Assembly: GCA_033813635.1 (NCBI GenBank)
Contig: JAPXRI010000009.1
Span: 2,858 to 66,857, forward strand
Source of the DNA: Bacillota bacterium
GTDB lineage: Bacteria > Bacillota > Clostridia > Oscillospirales > QAMX01
DNA length: 64,000 nucleotides
Direction: 5' to 3'
Below, one piece after another: positions 18,957-28,276 of this stretch. Made by a program: the position numbers and the translations under genes. The notes below the pieces were generated by a model. It was not told the origin of the DNA. It ran no database searches and saw only the letters and a program-made list of their open reading frames with translations. Numbering within the stretch: the stretch's first letter is position 1; the number at the start of each line of letters is the position of its first letter.

Positions 18957-19820
18957 TCAGCCCTTGATGCTGCCCGCCAGAATCCCCCTGACGAAGTACT
19001 TCTGCGCGAACACGAAAACGACGTAGATCGGAAGGCTAACCAGAATCGTCGCCGCCATCAGAAGATTCCACTCGGTCCCGCTCTCGTTGTTGAAAAGCGC
19101 CAGCGCAAGCTGAACCGTCTTCATCGAGTCGGAGTTGGTCATCACCAGCGGCCAGGTGTACTCGTTCCACGTGCCGGTAAACTTCAAAACGGCGAGCGAC
19201 GCCAGCACAGGCGTCCCCAGCGGCAGATAGATTCTGAAAAACGCCCGGAACCGCCCGCAGCCGTCCATCTCCGCCGCGTCGTCGAGCTCCTTGGGGAAGC
19301 CGACGAAAAACTGCCTGCAGAGGAAAACGCCGAAGGAACCGGCTATAAACGGGATAATCAGCCCGGCGTAGGAGTTGATCAGCCCCCTGCCGCCCTCGCC
19401 CAGGATGTTGTTTCCTCCAGCCAGCGGGAAGCCCCTGAGCATCGAGAACACCGGAATCATCGTCACCTGCGGCGGGATCATCATGCCGATCAGGATCAGG
19501 ATGAACAGCGCGTCCCGGAATTTGAAATTGATCCTCGCGAACACGTAGCCCGCCATCGAGTTGATGACCAGGCTCACCGCCACCGTAACGGAGGTGACGA
19601 GGAGCGAGTTGAGAAAATACCTGCCCCAGGCTCCGGTTTTCATCGCGGCGGCGTAGTTTGAAAACATCAGCTTCGCCGGGATGAGGGACGGCCTTGTGGC
19701 ATAGACCTCGCTCATCGTCTGAAGGGAGATCGAGAGCATTACTATAAACGGGAATAGAATCACCGCGCAGAGCAGTACTGTGACGGCGATAGAAACAGCC
19801 TTAAACACCCTGTCGCCCAT
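18957..19820 (-). CDS. Carbohydrate ABC transporter permease (MalG-like)
   Basis: Six-TM permease with an EAA-type loop (ELDDAAEMDGCGRFRAFFRIYLP). Confidence 0.85.
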   Translation of the reverse strand: MGDRVFKAVSIAVTVLLCAVILFPFIVMLSISLQTMSEVYATRPSLIPAKLMFSNYAAAMKTGAWGRYFLNSLLVTSVTVAVSLVINSMAGYVFARINFKFRDALFILILIGMMIPPQVTMIPVFSMLRGFPLAGGNNILGEGGRGLINSYAGLIIPFIAGSFGVFLCRQFFVGFPKELDDAAEMDGCGRFRAFFRIYLPLGTPVLASLAVLKFTGTWNEYTWPLVMTNSDSMKTVQLALALFNNESGTEWNLLMAATILVSLPIYVVFVFAQKYFVRGILAGSIKG

Positions 19821-19822
19821 GC

Positions 19823-20737
19823 TTACGCCGCCCCTTCCTCGGAGCGCTTTTTAAACATGAAGAAGTTCACAAGCGTCACCGAAAAAATGATCAGGAACAA
19901 TATTACGGACATCGCCGCGGCGTAGCCCATGCGGAAATCGTTGAACGCCCGCATGTAGATCTGGTATACCACCGTCGAGGTGGAGGTCATCGGCCCGCCC
20001 TGGGTCATGATGTTGATCTGCTCAAAGGTCTTGAACGCCTCGATGCAGTTTGTCACAAACACGAAAAAGGTGACCGGCGCGATCTGCGGAAGCGTGATCT
20101 TCAGGTGCTTCTGGAGCGTGCTCGCCCCGTCGACGGTCGCTGCCTCATAGAGCTCGTTCGGGATCGCCGACAGCCCCGCCAGATAGATGATCAGCACGTA
20201 GCCGAGATTCTTCCATACGTTGATGAATATCAGCGACGGCAGCGCGTATTTCGGGTTGTCCAGCCAGTACGGCGGCGAGGACACCCCGAGGGCCGCGAGG
20301 ATTTTGTTGATATACCCAGTGGAGGGGTCCAGCAGGAACAGCCACAACAGCGACACGGCCACCATGCTGGTGGCGTAGGGAAAAATCAGCGCCGTCCGGG
20401 AGGCCTTGACAAGCCGGGAGCGGCGGTTCAGCATCACCGACACCGCAAGGCCCAGAAAAGTGAGAAAGATCACGCTGAAAAGCGCGTATACCGCCGTGTT
20501 TTTCAGCGAGACGAGAAACCATCTGTCCCGAAAAAGCTCCCTGTAGTTTTTCATGCCCGCAAAGGAGTATTCCGAGCCGAAATGGAAATCGGTAAAGCTG
20601 TAGTAGAGGTTTTTCGCGACCGGATAGAGCACGAAGAGTAAAAAGAACAGTAAAAACGGCGACAGCATCAGATACGCGGACAGATTTTCCCGCCTGGCTC
20701 TTTCGGACAGTTTTCCGTTTTTACGTAAGCTCCGCAA
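19823..20737 (-). CDS. Carbohydrate ABC transporter permease (MalF-like)
   Basis: Permease with an EAA loop (ELYEAATVDGASTLQKHLKITLP). Lies 2 nt from the next gene. Confidence 0.85.
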   Translation of the reverse strand: MRSLRKNGKLSERARRENLSAYLMLSPFLLFFLLFVLYPVAKNLYYSFTDFHFGSEYSFAGMKNYRELFRDRWFLVSLKNTAVYALFSVIFLTFLGLAVSVMLNRRSRLVKASRTALIFPYATSMVAVSLLWLFLLDPSTGYINKILAALGVSSPPYWLDNPKYALPSLIFINVWKNLGYVLIIYLAGLSAIPNELYEAATVDGASTLQKHLKITLPQIAPVTFFVFVTNCIEAFKTFEQINIMTQGGPMTSTSTVVYQIYMRAFNDFRMGYAAAMSVILFLIIFSVTLVNFFMFKKRSEEGAA

Positions 20738-20760
20738 CGCTGCCGCCGCCCCTTTCGATG

Positions 20761-22008
20761 TTATTTGCCCGCGTTCACGATCTCCTGCTCAAGCTTGGCC
20801 TGAGCTTCCGCAAGCGCCGCCGCGGGGTCTGCGCCGTTCTCCACGGCCTGCACAAGCTCGTTTCTGACCGTCTGGAAGCTCGTAGACCAGGTTACTATCG
20901 GCATGCCTATACCGTTCTCCACGCACGCGGCCCTGACGGCGTTGAACTCGTCAAGCCCGGAATACTGATCGACCAGCGAATCCAGCACCACGGGCACCTT
21001 CAGGTCCTGCGCGCGCTTTAAAACCACGCTCTGGGAGAGTGTGTATGAGATAAAGTCAAACGCAGCGTCCGGATTCTTACAGTCCTTGCCGATGAAGAGC
21101 AGCCTGCAGCCGGAGAACGTCATCTGCGCTTTGCCCGTATTGGACGGGGGCAGAGCGATCGCCACCTTGCCCGCGTAGTCCGGGTTTGAGAGCATCGACA
21201 AAAGCTTTACGTTGTCAATCAGCGTCATCGCGGCGTTGCCGGTCATGAACGGGTTTGTTTCGTTGCTGTTGTAGGGGATGCTGACGTCGTTCACGATCCC
21301 CGCGAGAAACTCCAGCGCCTCAAGGTTTTCGGGGGTGTTCAGCGTGGGCGCGCCGTCGTCCCCCACAAAGCCGCCGCCGTTGCCGTAGGCGAACACGTCG
21401 TACTCCACGAGGTTTCCGCCCGAGGTCGGGAACGCGAAGCCCGCGCGGGTAATCGTCCCGTTTTCCTTGACGGTCAGCAGCCTTGCGTACTCCTCCAGCT
21501 CCTCCCAGGTGGTCGGGGGGGCGCTGATGCCGGCCTGCTCGAACAGGTCGGTGCGGTACGCGAACACATAGGGCGCGGGCATGTAGGCCAGCCCGTAGAC
21601 CTCATCTTTGTAGGTCCCGAGGCTGACGAGCTGATCCATCAGATCGTCCTTACCGGACCAGCTGTTGTAGTAATCGGTGAGCGGGATGTACTGCCCCGCC
21701 TCCGCCCTGCTCGCGATTGAGAGAATGCCGTGTCCGATGATGTCCGGGCCGGAATTCGCGGAGAACAGGTTCGTGAGCTTGGTGTCCATGTCGGAGCCGA
21801 TCGCCGCGTCGTCGTAGCTGATCACCACGTCCGGGTGGTCGGCCTCGTAGGCGTCGATCACCGAGAGCCAGAAGGTCTTTTCCGCCTCGTCGTTGCCGAG
21901 CCTTAAAAACGAGAGCTTAATTTTGTCGTTTCCGCCGCCGGACGAACAGCCAAACAGCGCCGCGAGCACCGCGCAGAGAAGACAGAGCGCGAGAATTTTC
22001 TTTTTCAT
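20761..22008 (-). CDS. Extracellular solute-binding lipoprotein (CUT1-type sugar ABC)
   Basis: Lipobox LFGCSSGGG. 415 aa family-1 SBP-like sequence. Confidence 0.85.
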   Translation of the reverse strand: MKKKILALCLLCAVLAALFGCSSGGGNDKIKLSFLRLGNDEAEKTFWLSVIDAYEADHPDVVISYDDAAIGSDMDTKLTNLFSANSGPDIIGHGILSIASRAEAGQYIPLTDYYNSWSGKDDLMDQLVSLGTYKDEVYGLAYMPAPYVFAYRTDLFEQAGISAPPTTWEELEEYARLLTVKENGTITRAGFAFPTSGGNLVEYDVFAYGNGGGFVGDDGAPTLNTPENLEALEFLAGIVNDVSIPYNSNETNPFMTGNAAMTLIDNVKLLSMLSNPDYAGKVAIALPPSNTGKAQMTFSGCRLLFIGKDCKNPDAAFDFISYTLSQSVVLKRAQDLKVPVVLDSLVDQYSGLDEFNAVRAACVENGIGMPIVTWSTSFQTVRNELVQAVENGADPAAALAEAQAKLEQEIVNAGK

Positions 22009-22025
22009 GTTAATGCTCCTAATTA

Positions 22026-23450
22026 TCAGAGTTTTTTATTGTCGGCGAGCTGGCGGTCTAGCCAGCCGCTTTTAACAAACAGATCCCCCTGTTCCTTGAG
22101 TACCGCCAGCAGCTTTTTGCGCATCGCGGCTATCCGCTCCGCGTGCTCCGGCGAGGAAATCAGGTTTTTCTTTTCTCCCGGATCGTTCTCAAGGTCGTAG
22201 AACTCGTCGATGTCGGTGAAATTCCAGATGTATTTAAACCGGCGGTCCCTGAGCATCCGCTGGTTGTAGAAGCCGAATTGCTGCCCGTTCGACGAGGCGT
22301 TGATCTCCTGCCGCCAGTTTTCCGGGCGCTCACCCCGCAACAGCGGAGCGAGAGAGACGCCCTGGGCCTTCGCGGACTCCGCCCCGAAAAGCTCGTCGAT
22401 TGTCGGCGCAAGGTCCAGCCCGGAGGAGACAAGCTCCTTCACCACCGCGCCCTTTCCGATCCCCGGCCCGGACATGATGAACGGCACCTTGACCACGTCG
22501 TCGTAGAGCACATAGTGCTTGTCAATCATCCCGTGGCTCCCGCACATGTCCCCGTGGTCCGAGGTGTAGAGGATTATCGTATTGGAGAGCTGGCCGCAGT
22601 CCTTTAGCGCTTTCAGGATAATGCCGACGCTGTCGTCTATCTGGCTGACCATGCCGTAATAGCGCGCGATCGGTTCGGCCCAGTCGCCAAAGCCCATTTT
22701 TTCCAGCCCCCAGCTGTAGAGCTGCTGCTTTTGAATATAGGGCTTGCCCTCAAACGTGTCGCCGACCCCGTCCCAGGGCTCGATATCCCCCGCGCTGTAC
22801 ATCGAGGCGAAGGGCTCCGACGGCTCGCAGGGCAGATGTGGCTCGCAGTAGTCGACCCGGATATGCCAGGGTCCGCCCTTTTCAGAATACTCCGCGATGG
22901 TCTCCGCGGCCTTCCGCGCGAGGTAATGGGTTCTTGAGTCGGCGAGGGCGATATCGCTTTTCCCGCCGAACCAGTCAAAACGCCTGCGCTTTGGGTATTT
23001 TTCTCTTATCATCTCGTCGTGCTCGCGGAAATCCACGTACTTGTCGTAGCCGAAATCCTTAGGCCCGTAATCCTTCGCGCCCTCCCACTTTCCGAGAAAC
23101 GCGGTCCGATACCCCGCTGCCTTGAGCTTTTCCGGCCAGTAGCCTCCCGGGGCGAGGGGCGCCGCGTGAAAGAATCCCGGGTTCCAGAACGCTCCGTAGC
23201 TGTCCGGGTTCTTTCCGCAGATCAGCGACTGCCGCGCCGGCGTGCAGACCGGCAGCGGCGTGAACGCGTTTTCAAACCGGGCGCCGCTTTCCGCCAGCGC
23301 GTCGAGGTTCGGCGTTTTTATCCTGAATTTCCCCGCGCAGCCCAGCGCGTCCGCCCTATGCTGGTCGGCTACTATCATAAGGAAATTATAATTTCCTCGA
23401 AAATCAACATTTTCTCGAAAGTTATAATTTTTCTGATTGTTTTTATCCAT
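22026..23450 (-). CDS. Cys-type sulfatase (formylglycine-dependent), no signal peptide
   Basis: Signature PVCTPARQSLICG (C-x-P-x-R...G). N-terminal LMIVADQHRAD. SDHGDMCG metal-site motif. Confidence 0.85.
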   Translation of the reverse strand: MDKNNQKNYNFRENVDFRGNYNFLMIVADQHRADALGCAGKFRIKTPNLDALAESGARFENAFTPLPVCTPARQSLICGKNPDSYGAFWNPGFFHAAPLAPGGYWPEKLKAAGYRTAFLGKWEGAKDYGPKDFGYDKYVDFREHDEMIREKYPKRRRFDWFGGKSDIALADSRTHYLARKAAETIAEYSEKGGPWHIRVDYCEPHLPCEPSEPFASMYSAGDIEPWDGVGDTFEGKPYIQKQQLYSWGLEKMGFGDWAEPIARYYGMVSQIDDSVGIILKALKDCGQLSNTIILYTSDHGDMCGSHGMIDKHYVLYDDVVKVPFIMSGPGIGKGAVVKELVSSGLDLAPTIDELFGAESAKAQGVSLAPLLRGERPENWRQEINASSNGQQFGFYNQRMLRDRRFKYIWNFTDIDEFYDLENDPGEKKNLISSPEHAERIAAMRKKLLAVLKEQGDLFVKSGWLDRQLADNKKL

Positions 23451-23470
23451 CGCGGTATACCCCCGGCGCT

Positions 23471-24349
23471 CTACAGCTTCGAGCAGCTGTTTTTATATTC
23501 GCTCGGCGTGACGCCGGTGAACGACTTGAACTCGCGTGAAAAATGGCTTAAATGCTTGTACCCGACGGCGGCCGAAATATCGCTTAAATTCTCCGCCGAG
23601 TCGCAGCGGATGATGTTCATTGCCCGGGCGAGCCGGTAGCTCCGCAGAAACACGGCCGGGCTCAGGCCCATTATCTTTTTGAACTGCCGGGACAGGTAAT
23701 CCGGCGAGATGTCGAGGTGGGCCGCCATTTTATTTAAATCGATATCCTCGGCGTAATTCTGCTCTATGTACTTAAGTATTTTCACCACGTAATTGATATA
23801 CGCCTTCTCCGACGGGTTCGTAGCGTAATGGCCGGCGTAATACCTTGAAAAAAGCGTGATAAACTGGTATAAAAGCGCGTTTTGAACCAGCTCCCAGCCG
23901 AGCTGCTTTTGCCTTTGCTCCTCGACCATCCTGTCGAGCACCGAGGTAATCCGCATCCTCTCGGCGGTGTCAAGCCTTATCCTTATCCATTCCTGATTCT
24001 TATGGCCGTTGTTCCCGCCGAAAATGCTGTCGAGTCCGGGCATCGCGGATAATTCCGGCAGCTTATCCGCCACCGCTTCCCGGGTGAAAATACAGTTGTA
24101 CACCTTCGTATAATGCAGGCCTGTGTACGCATGCGGGACCCCGGGACAGATCGCGAACATATCCCCCTCGGTCAGAATCGTCGTGCTCTCTCCGTAGTAG
24201 TGGACCGTGAAGCCCTCCTCCACGTAGACGAACTCGTAGAAATCATGTGCGTGCATATTGATCTGAGTGCTGTGGCAGCACTCGATCACCGTGATTGCCG
24301 AGTCCGGCGAATTTTTAATCTCGTTGTAATTCAGCATGTCGTAATTCAT
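23471..24349 (-). CDS. AraC family transcriptional regulator (cupin sensor plus HTH)
   Basis: C-terminal AraC HTH (LSPDYLSRQFKK..., GYKHLSHFSREFKSFTGVTPSEY). Confidence 0.85.
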   Translation of the reverse strand: MNYDMLNYNEIKNSPDSAITVIECCHSTQINMHAHDFYEFVYVEEGFTVHYYGESTTILTEGDMFAICPGVPHAYTGLHYTKVYNCIFTREAVADKLPELSAMPGLDSIFGGNNGHKNQEWIRIRLDTAERMRITSVLDRMVEEQRQKQLGWELVQNALLYQFITLFSRYYAGHYATNPSEKAYINYVVKILKYIEQNYAEDIDLNKMAAHLDISPDYLSRQFKKIMGLSPAVFLRSYRLARAMNIIRCDSAENLSDISAAVGYKHLSHFSREFKSFTGVTPSEYKNSCSKL

Positions 24350-24517
24350 GCGAAAGGCCCCCCGCTCCGCGTCGCTGCCGGATATGATGCCTTAAAGCAT
24401 AACTATTATATCTGCCCCCGGCGCATTGCGCAATAGTTAATTTATATATTTCCGTCCACGGGGTTCTCGTTTAGAAGCGCATTCCGGGTTTAGTCAAATG
24501 CGGTTGAAAATATATAA

Positions 24518-24558
24518 ACAAAAACACCGCGGCCGGGATTTATACATTTCCCGCCGCA
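24518..24558 (-). terminator. Intrinsic terminator after the TIM-barrel gene
   Basis: Minus strand GCGGCGGGA...TCCCGGCCGC hairpin followed by GGTGTTTTTGTTTAT. Confidence 0.5.
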
Positions 24559-24575
24559 GCGCTCGAAAGAGCCGT

Positions 24576-25412
24576 TTATTTTGCCTGCTCCGCTTGTTTG
24601 TCGAATTCCAGCGCAATATCCCGCACTTTCGCGCAGTTTTCGCTGTTTACGTATTCCAGAATGAACGGAACTCCCTCGGTGTTCTCATGGTAAAGGGAGA
24701 AGAATTTTACCCAATCGATGTCCCCCTCGCCAAGATTCCTGCCGTAGGTGTCGTTCACCCTCCTGTCTTTTCCGTGAAAATAGGCCACGTGCGGGGAGAG
24801 ATATTTGAACATATCCTCCTCGTCGGAATTTGCGATCAGGTTCGCTGGATCGAGGAGGATTTTAAGCCTTGGCGAGCCCAGCTGCGAGATAAAATCCCGC
24901 GTGCGCTTCGCGCTCGGCGTCAGGTCGAGAAGGCAGGGCTCGAAGGCGATATAGACGCCGTGCTTTTCCGCGATCTCGCAGAGCCTCGCCATATTCTTTT
25001 GAAAATAGGCGTAATCCTTTTCGTAGGTGTCCGTGTTTATACCCCGCCTGCCCGGAACAAAGCCGTTTTCCGTCGACACGTATTTGATGCCGTTGTCCGC
25101 GGCGATCTCAATATGCCGCTCGAAAAACCTAAAATTCCCGTTGAGAGCGTCCTCATCCGGCTCAATCAGGTTTGAAAAGGCCCCGACGGAGACGACCTTG
25201 ATCCCCCGGCTTTCGAACTCTTTGACTATTTTAGACGCCTTCGCGGCGGTCAGCGCGCTCATGTCCTTTCTGCCGTTATAGGCCCAGTAGTCCGCGTCCG
25301 AAAAAGTAAAGCACAGTTCAGTCGAAAAAAATCCGAGCCCGGCCATCCGGCTCGCGCATTCCTCGGCGCTCATCCCCGAAAAGCTCCTTGTTACAACGCC
25401 CACCTCGAGCAT
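24576..25412 (-). CDS. Sugar phosphate isomerase/epimerase (xylose isomerase-like TIM barrel)
   Basis: 278 aa AP_endonuc_2-like pattern (FEPCLLD..., ILLDPANL, HGKD). Confidence 0.75.
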   Translation of the reverse strand: MLEVGVVTRSFSGMSAEECASRMAGLGFFSTELCFTFSDADYWAYNGRKDMSALTAAKASKIVKEFESRGIKVVSVGAFSNLIEPDEDALNGNFRFFERHIEIAADNGIKYVSTENGFVPGRRGINTDTYEKDYAYFQKNMARLCEIAEKHGVYIAFEPCLLDLTPSAKRTRDFISQLGSPRLKILLDPANLIANSDEEDMFKYLSPHVAYFHGKDRRVNDTYGRNLGEGDIDWVKFFSLYHENTEGVPFILEYVNSENCAKVRDIALEFDKQAEQAK

Positions 25413-25567
25413 AGCATCAACTCCTTTTTCAATATTATAGACTCGGGCCGGAAATATTTCAACAGCAACAATTCACCCGCGCCGGAAAAATCTAAAACCC
25501 CGTCGGAAATAGTTAAGCGAAAGCGTGCGTTTTCTCCTTCCTGCTTCGCGCCGTCGCACTTGACAAA

Positions 25568-25598
25568 GAAAAAGCGCGGCGAGACCGCCGCGAAAAAC
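25568..25598. terminator. Small GC hairpin flanked by A- and T-runs
   Basis: CGCGGC-gagacc-GCCGCG with AAAAAG upstream and AAAAAC downstream (T-runs on the minus strand). Confidence 0.45.
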
Positions 25599-25619
25599 AT
25601 ATAGCCCGGCTCCGGCAAA

Positions 25620-26117
25620 TCAGTATATTTTAAGCAAAATCCCGCTCTGGGCGCACCGGATCAGCGAACAGCCGATAAAGCCGGGCAGGTTTCTTGAAAA
25701 TATCCTGATATTGCTCTCGTCGATCCTGATCCAGTTGTGTTTTGCCAGCGCGAACGACAGCCCGCTCTTTCCCGTGATGCCCAGCAGTGCCCCGCCGAGC
25801 CCGCCGTTCTGCCGCGTTTCGGTATATGTCGCGTAGGCGTCCGCCGTCCCGTTGGAGATCTCGAGCTTTTTCAGGCTGAACACGTAGTTCAGCCCCATCC
25901 CCCCCGTTGTCGCCGCGCTGAGCAGGATTTTGCCCTCCCTGTCGAAAGCGACGGACTTTATTATCAAATCTCCCTCGGTGAGGGTTCTCAGCGCCAGCTC
26001 TATCATCTTCGCGCTGACAAGCAGCTGTCCCCTCGAGAGGAGCGCTCCGTCGATCATGCCGAGCAGGGTGTAAACTTCGTTTTTATGGGCGACCGCCTTA
26101 AGCAGGATATCCTTCAT
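25620..26117 (-). CDS. Hypothetical protein (no family recognised)
   Basis: 165-aa ORF with normal composition, sitting between a terminator and a neighbouring gene. I recognise no motif. Confidence 0.55.
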   Translation of the reverse strand: MKDILLKAVAHKNEVYTLLGMIDGALLSRGQLLVSAKMIELALRTLTEGDLIIKSVAFDREGKILLSAATTGGMGLNYVFSLKKLEISNGTADAYATYTETRQNGGLGGALLGITGKSGLSFALAKHNWIRIDESNIRIFSRNLPGFIGCSLIRCAQSGILLKIY

Positions 26118-26257
26118 TTTAATAACCTCTCCGTTCCTCGGTCATCTATCCTCATCTATCCATATGCCGATTTCTGAAATAAAATACCCTTAAACCGCGT
26201 CTTCTCTCCGCGCCCCGTTTTTAGCGCAATGCCCGGGACCGGCGGCTTTCTGACCGG

Positions 26258-26295
26258 ATAAAAATCCGGCAGGCAAATTTCACTGCCTGCCGGAT
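26258..26295 (-). terminator. Intrinsic terminator after the DUF1680-like gene
   Basis: 12-bp stem ATCCGGCAGGCA / TGCCTGCCGGAT. The minus strand is followed by TTTTTATCC. Confidence 0.65.
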
Positions 26296-26374
26296 GCTTA
26301 TGTTTTGCCCCAGTCATCGACATCGAGCTGAATTTATGTATCGCCCCGGAGTACTGTCATGTTGTACGTCCGGT

Positions 26375-28072
26375 TTATTCTTCGCTTATATCGAAAACCG
26401 TCGGTATATCCATTAGAGTCAGATTGCTTGTCGCCGAGCAGAGCGGTTGGAAATACATATCCCGCGTGCTTCCATCTGCAAAACGCACCGGTATATGTAC
26501 CGCAGCTACTTCGCCGCCGGAAATACCCGCGAGTTCTCCTTCTTCAAACACAGACCAGCACGGAAGAGGATCGTGATTGAATTCAAGAAACCCGTTTTTA
26601 TCCGGCTTTCCGAGCACCAGCGAATATTTGTAATTTGGCACCGAATCGTGTGTGTATCCGTCGGGAACTGTATTTTCAACGGGAATCTCCGTTACCATAT
26701 TCCACGAATATATCATAGGAGCGAGCATTAACGGTCCATATTTGATAGTATATCCGTCGCCGCGTTTTTCAACATAATGCCCCATAATGCCGTTTATATC
26801 CAAGCGATAACCGAAGTCTGTTTCTGTTCTCACACAGGAAAAGTCTTTTATAAATTTTGGTATACGGATTGAGATATCTTCCTTTGTACCTTCAACAGCG
26901 ATATGGGTTTTTGCTTTAACAGGATATCCGGTCGTTACCGTTACTGTAATATTCCCGTGTTCACTCGGCACCGTGTAACGTCCCGGAAATATAAAATTCA
27001 GTTTCAGCTGCCCGTTTTTTACTGTAACCGTATGGCGCGCGACCTCTGTAATGCAAAGCCCGCCGGTTTGAGTGCAACACCACCAGGCTTCCTCAATATA
27101 TGTGCGATATCCTCGGCAAGCGAAATAGCGGTGTCCGAATCCTCCTGTGACAAACTGATTAAAATACAGCGCGTTCCAAAGCGAATGCTCGGCTTCTTCA
27201 TAGGCGGAAGCATCGTCATAAATGTATCCATGGTACAGGTTAAGCATAATCCAGTCAGCGCAGGCGCAGCCTTCATTGCGGCCCGATGAAGGGAAGCATT
27301 CCGGGATATCGCCGTTCGGATGCACATAACCGTTATCTAAGATTTCCTGACGGCGCGTTTTTACAATCTCCGCAAGCTCGCTGTCTCCCGAATAAACTGC
27401 AGCGCGCTGTAATCCGCGCAGAGTTGTTAAATAACCGTGCGCATGCGCGCCGATGACAGAGCCTAAACACTCGCGTGCGATACGGCGCACAACATTAAGA
27501 TAACGAACATCTCGTGTCTCACGGTACAATTCCGCAAAGCCTTCACAGATCCATGCGCCCATGTGGTGCGCGCCTGTATCGGGATATTGCAGGAAAAACT
27601 TGTCCCCGGCAGACAACGCGTGCTCAGCCGCAGCTTCTGCGGCTGTCAGCGCCCTCATATCTCCGGTAAGCGTATAATAATTTACAAGTCCGCATAAGAA
27701 CTGATTGTCAACGCAAATTTGCTTATCCGGATCATAGTCCTCACAGGCATTGCCAAACATTCCGGAAGGCCGCCTCAGCTGCATAATCCGCTGGTACAGC
27801 TCCGTCAACCTTTCAATTTGCATGCCGGTTATATCGGATACGCAGGCGTATAGGTTAAGCGTGCGTCCGGTAAGATCATATGAGCAGAAATGAGCGTGCC
27901 TTGTGCGGAGCGGAGGACGCTCCAAATCCATCATAACGAAATTCATTGTGTCAAGCGGATAGCTTTCCAGGCGTTTTAATACTAATCCGAGCCGGTACTT
28001 CAGCTGCGAGTCGAACAGGAGCGCCTTTGATAAAGAATCGTATCTTTCCATAATCATGATACCCTTATTCAA
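26375..28072 (-). CDS. DUF1680/GH127-GH146-like (beta-L-arabinofuranosidase family) protein
   Basis: 565 aa. Cys-rich motifs NEGCACADW (E-x-C) and WWCCTQTGG (CC) resemble the Zn/Cys site of GH127. The gene is visibly lower in GC than its neighbours. Confidence 0.55.
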   Translation of the reverse strand: MNKGIMIMERYDSLSKALLFDSQLKYRLGLVLKRLESYPLDTMNFVMMDLERPPLRTRHAHFCSYDLTGRTLNLYACVSDITGMQIERLTELYQRIMQLRRPSGMFGNACEDYDPDKQICVDNQFLCGLVNYYTLTGDMRALTAAEAAAEHALSAGDKFFLQYPDTGAHHMGAWICEGFAELYRETRDVRYLNVVRRIARECLGSVIGAHAHGYLTTLRGLQRAAVYSGDSELAEIVKTRRQEILDNGYVHPNGDIPECFPSSGRNEGCACADWIMLNLYHGYIYDDASAYEEAEHSLWNALYFNQFVTGGFGHRYFACRGYRTYIEEAWWCCTQTGGLCITEVARHTVTVKNGQLKLNFIFPGRYTVPSEHGNITVTVTTGYPVKAKTHIAVEGTKEDISIRIPKFIKDFSCVRTETDFGYRLDINGIMGHYVEKRGDGYTIKYGPLMLAPMIYSWNMVTEIPVENTVPDGYTHDSVPNYKYSLVLGKPDKNGFLEFNHDPLPCWSVFEEGELAGISGGEVAAVHIPVRFADGSTRDMYFQPLCSATSNLTLMDIPTVFDISEE

Positions 28073-28219
28073 TATTGTTTATTGCATTGATATCCGGTTG
28101 AGTATTGCTTGAACGGAGGCCGATTATTCCGATATTGCAGACAGTATTGCCAAAATATTATGTCAGGCATTTCTTTTTTGCCGATATAAAATACCCTGCT
28201 GTTTTAATTTATCAAGCCG

Positions 28220-28256
28220 AAAAAAATGCACGGCAGTTTTGCGCCGCCGTGCATTT
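28220..28256 (-). terminator. Intrinsic terminator after fba
   Basis: Stem ATGCACGGC / GCCGTGCAT. The minus strand is followed by TTTTTTTCGG. Confidence 0.65.
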
Positions 28257-28276
28257 GGTTTGAAAATTCGGTAGGG

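Noticed and set aside
25391-25618. 75-aa ORF in the gap between the TIM-barrel gene and the hypothetical gene.
   Set aside because: It overlaps the start of the TIM-barrel gene and spans a terminator hairpin. It has no RBS and no recognisable motif.
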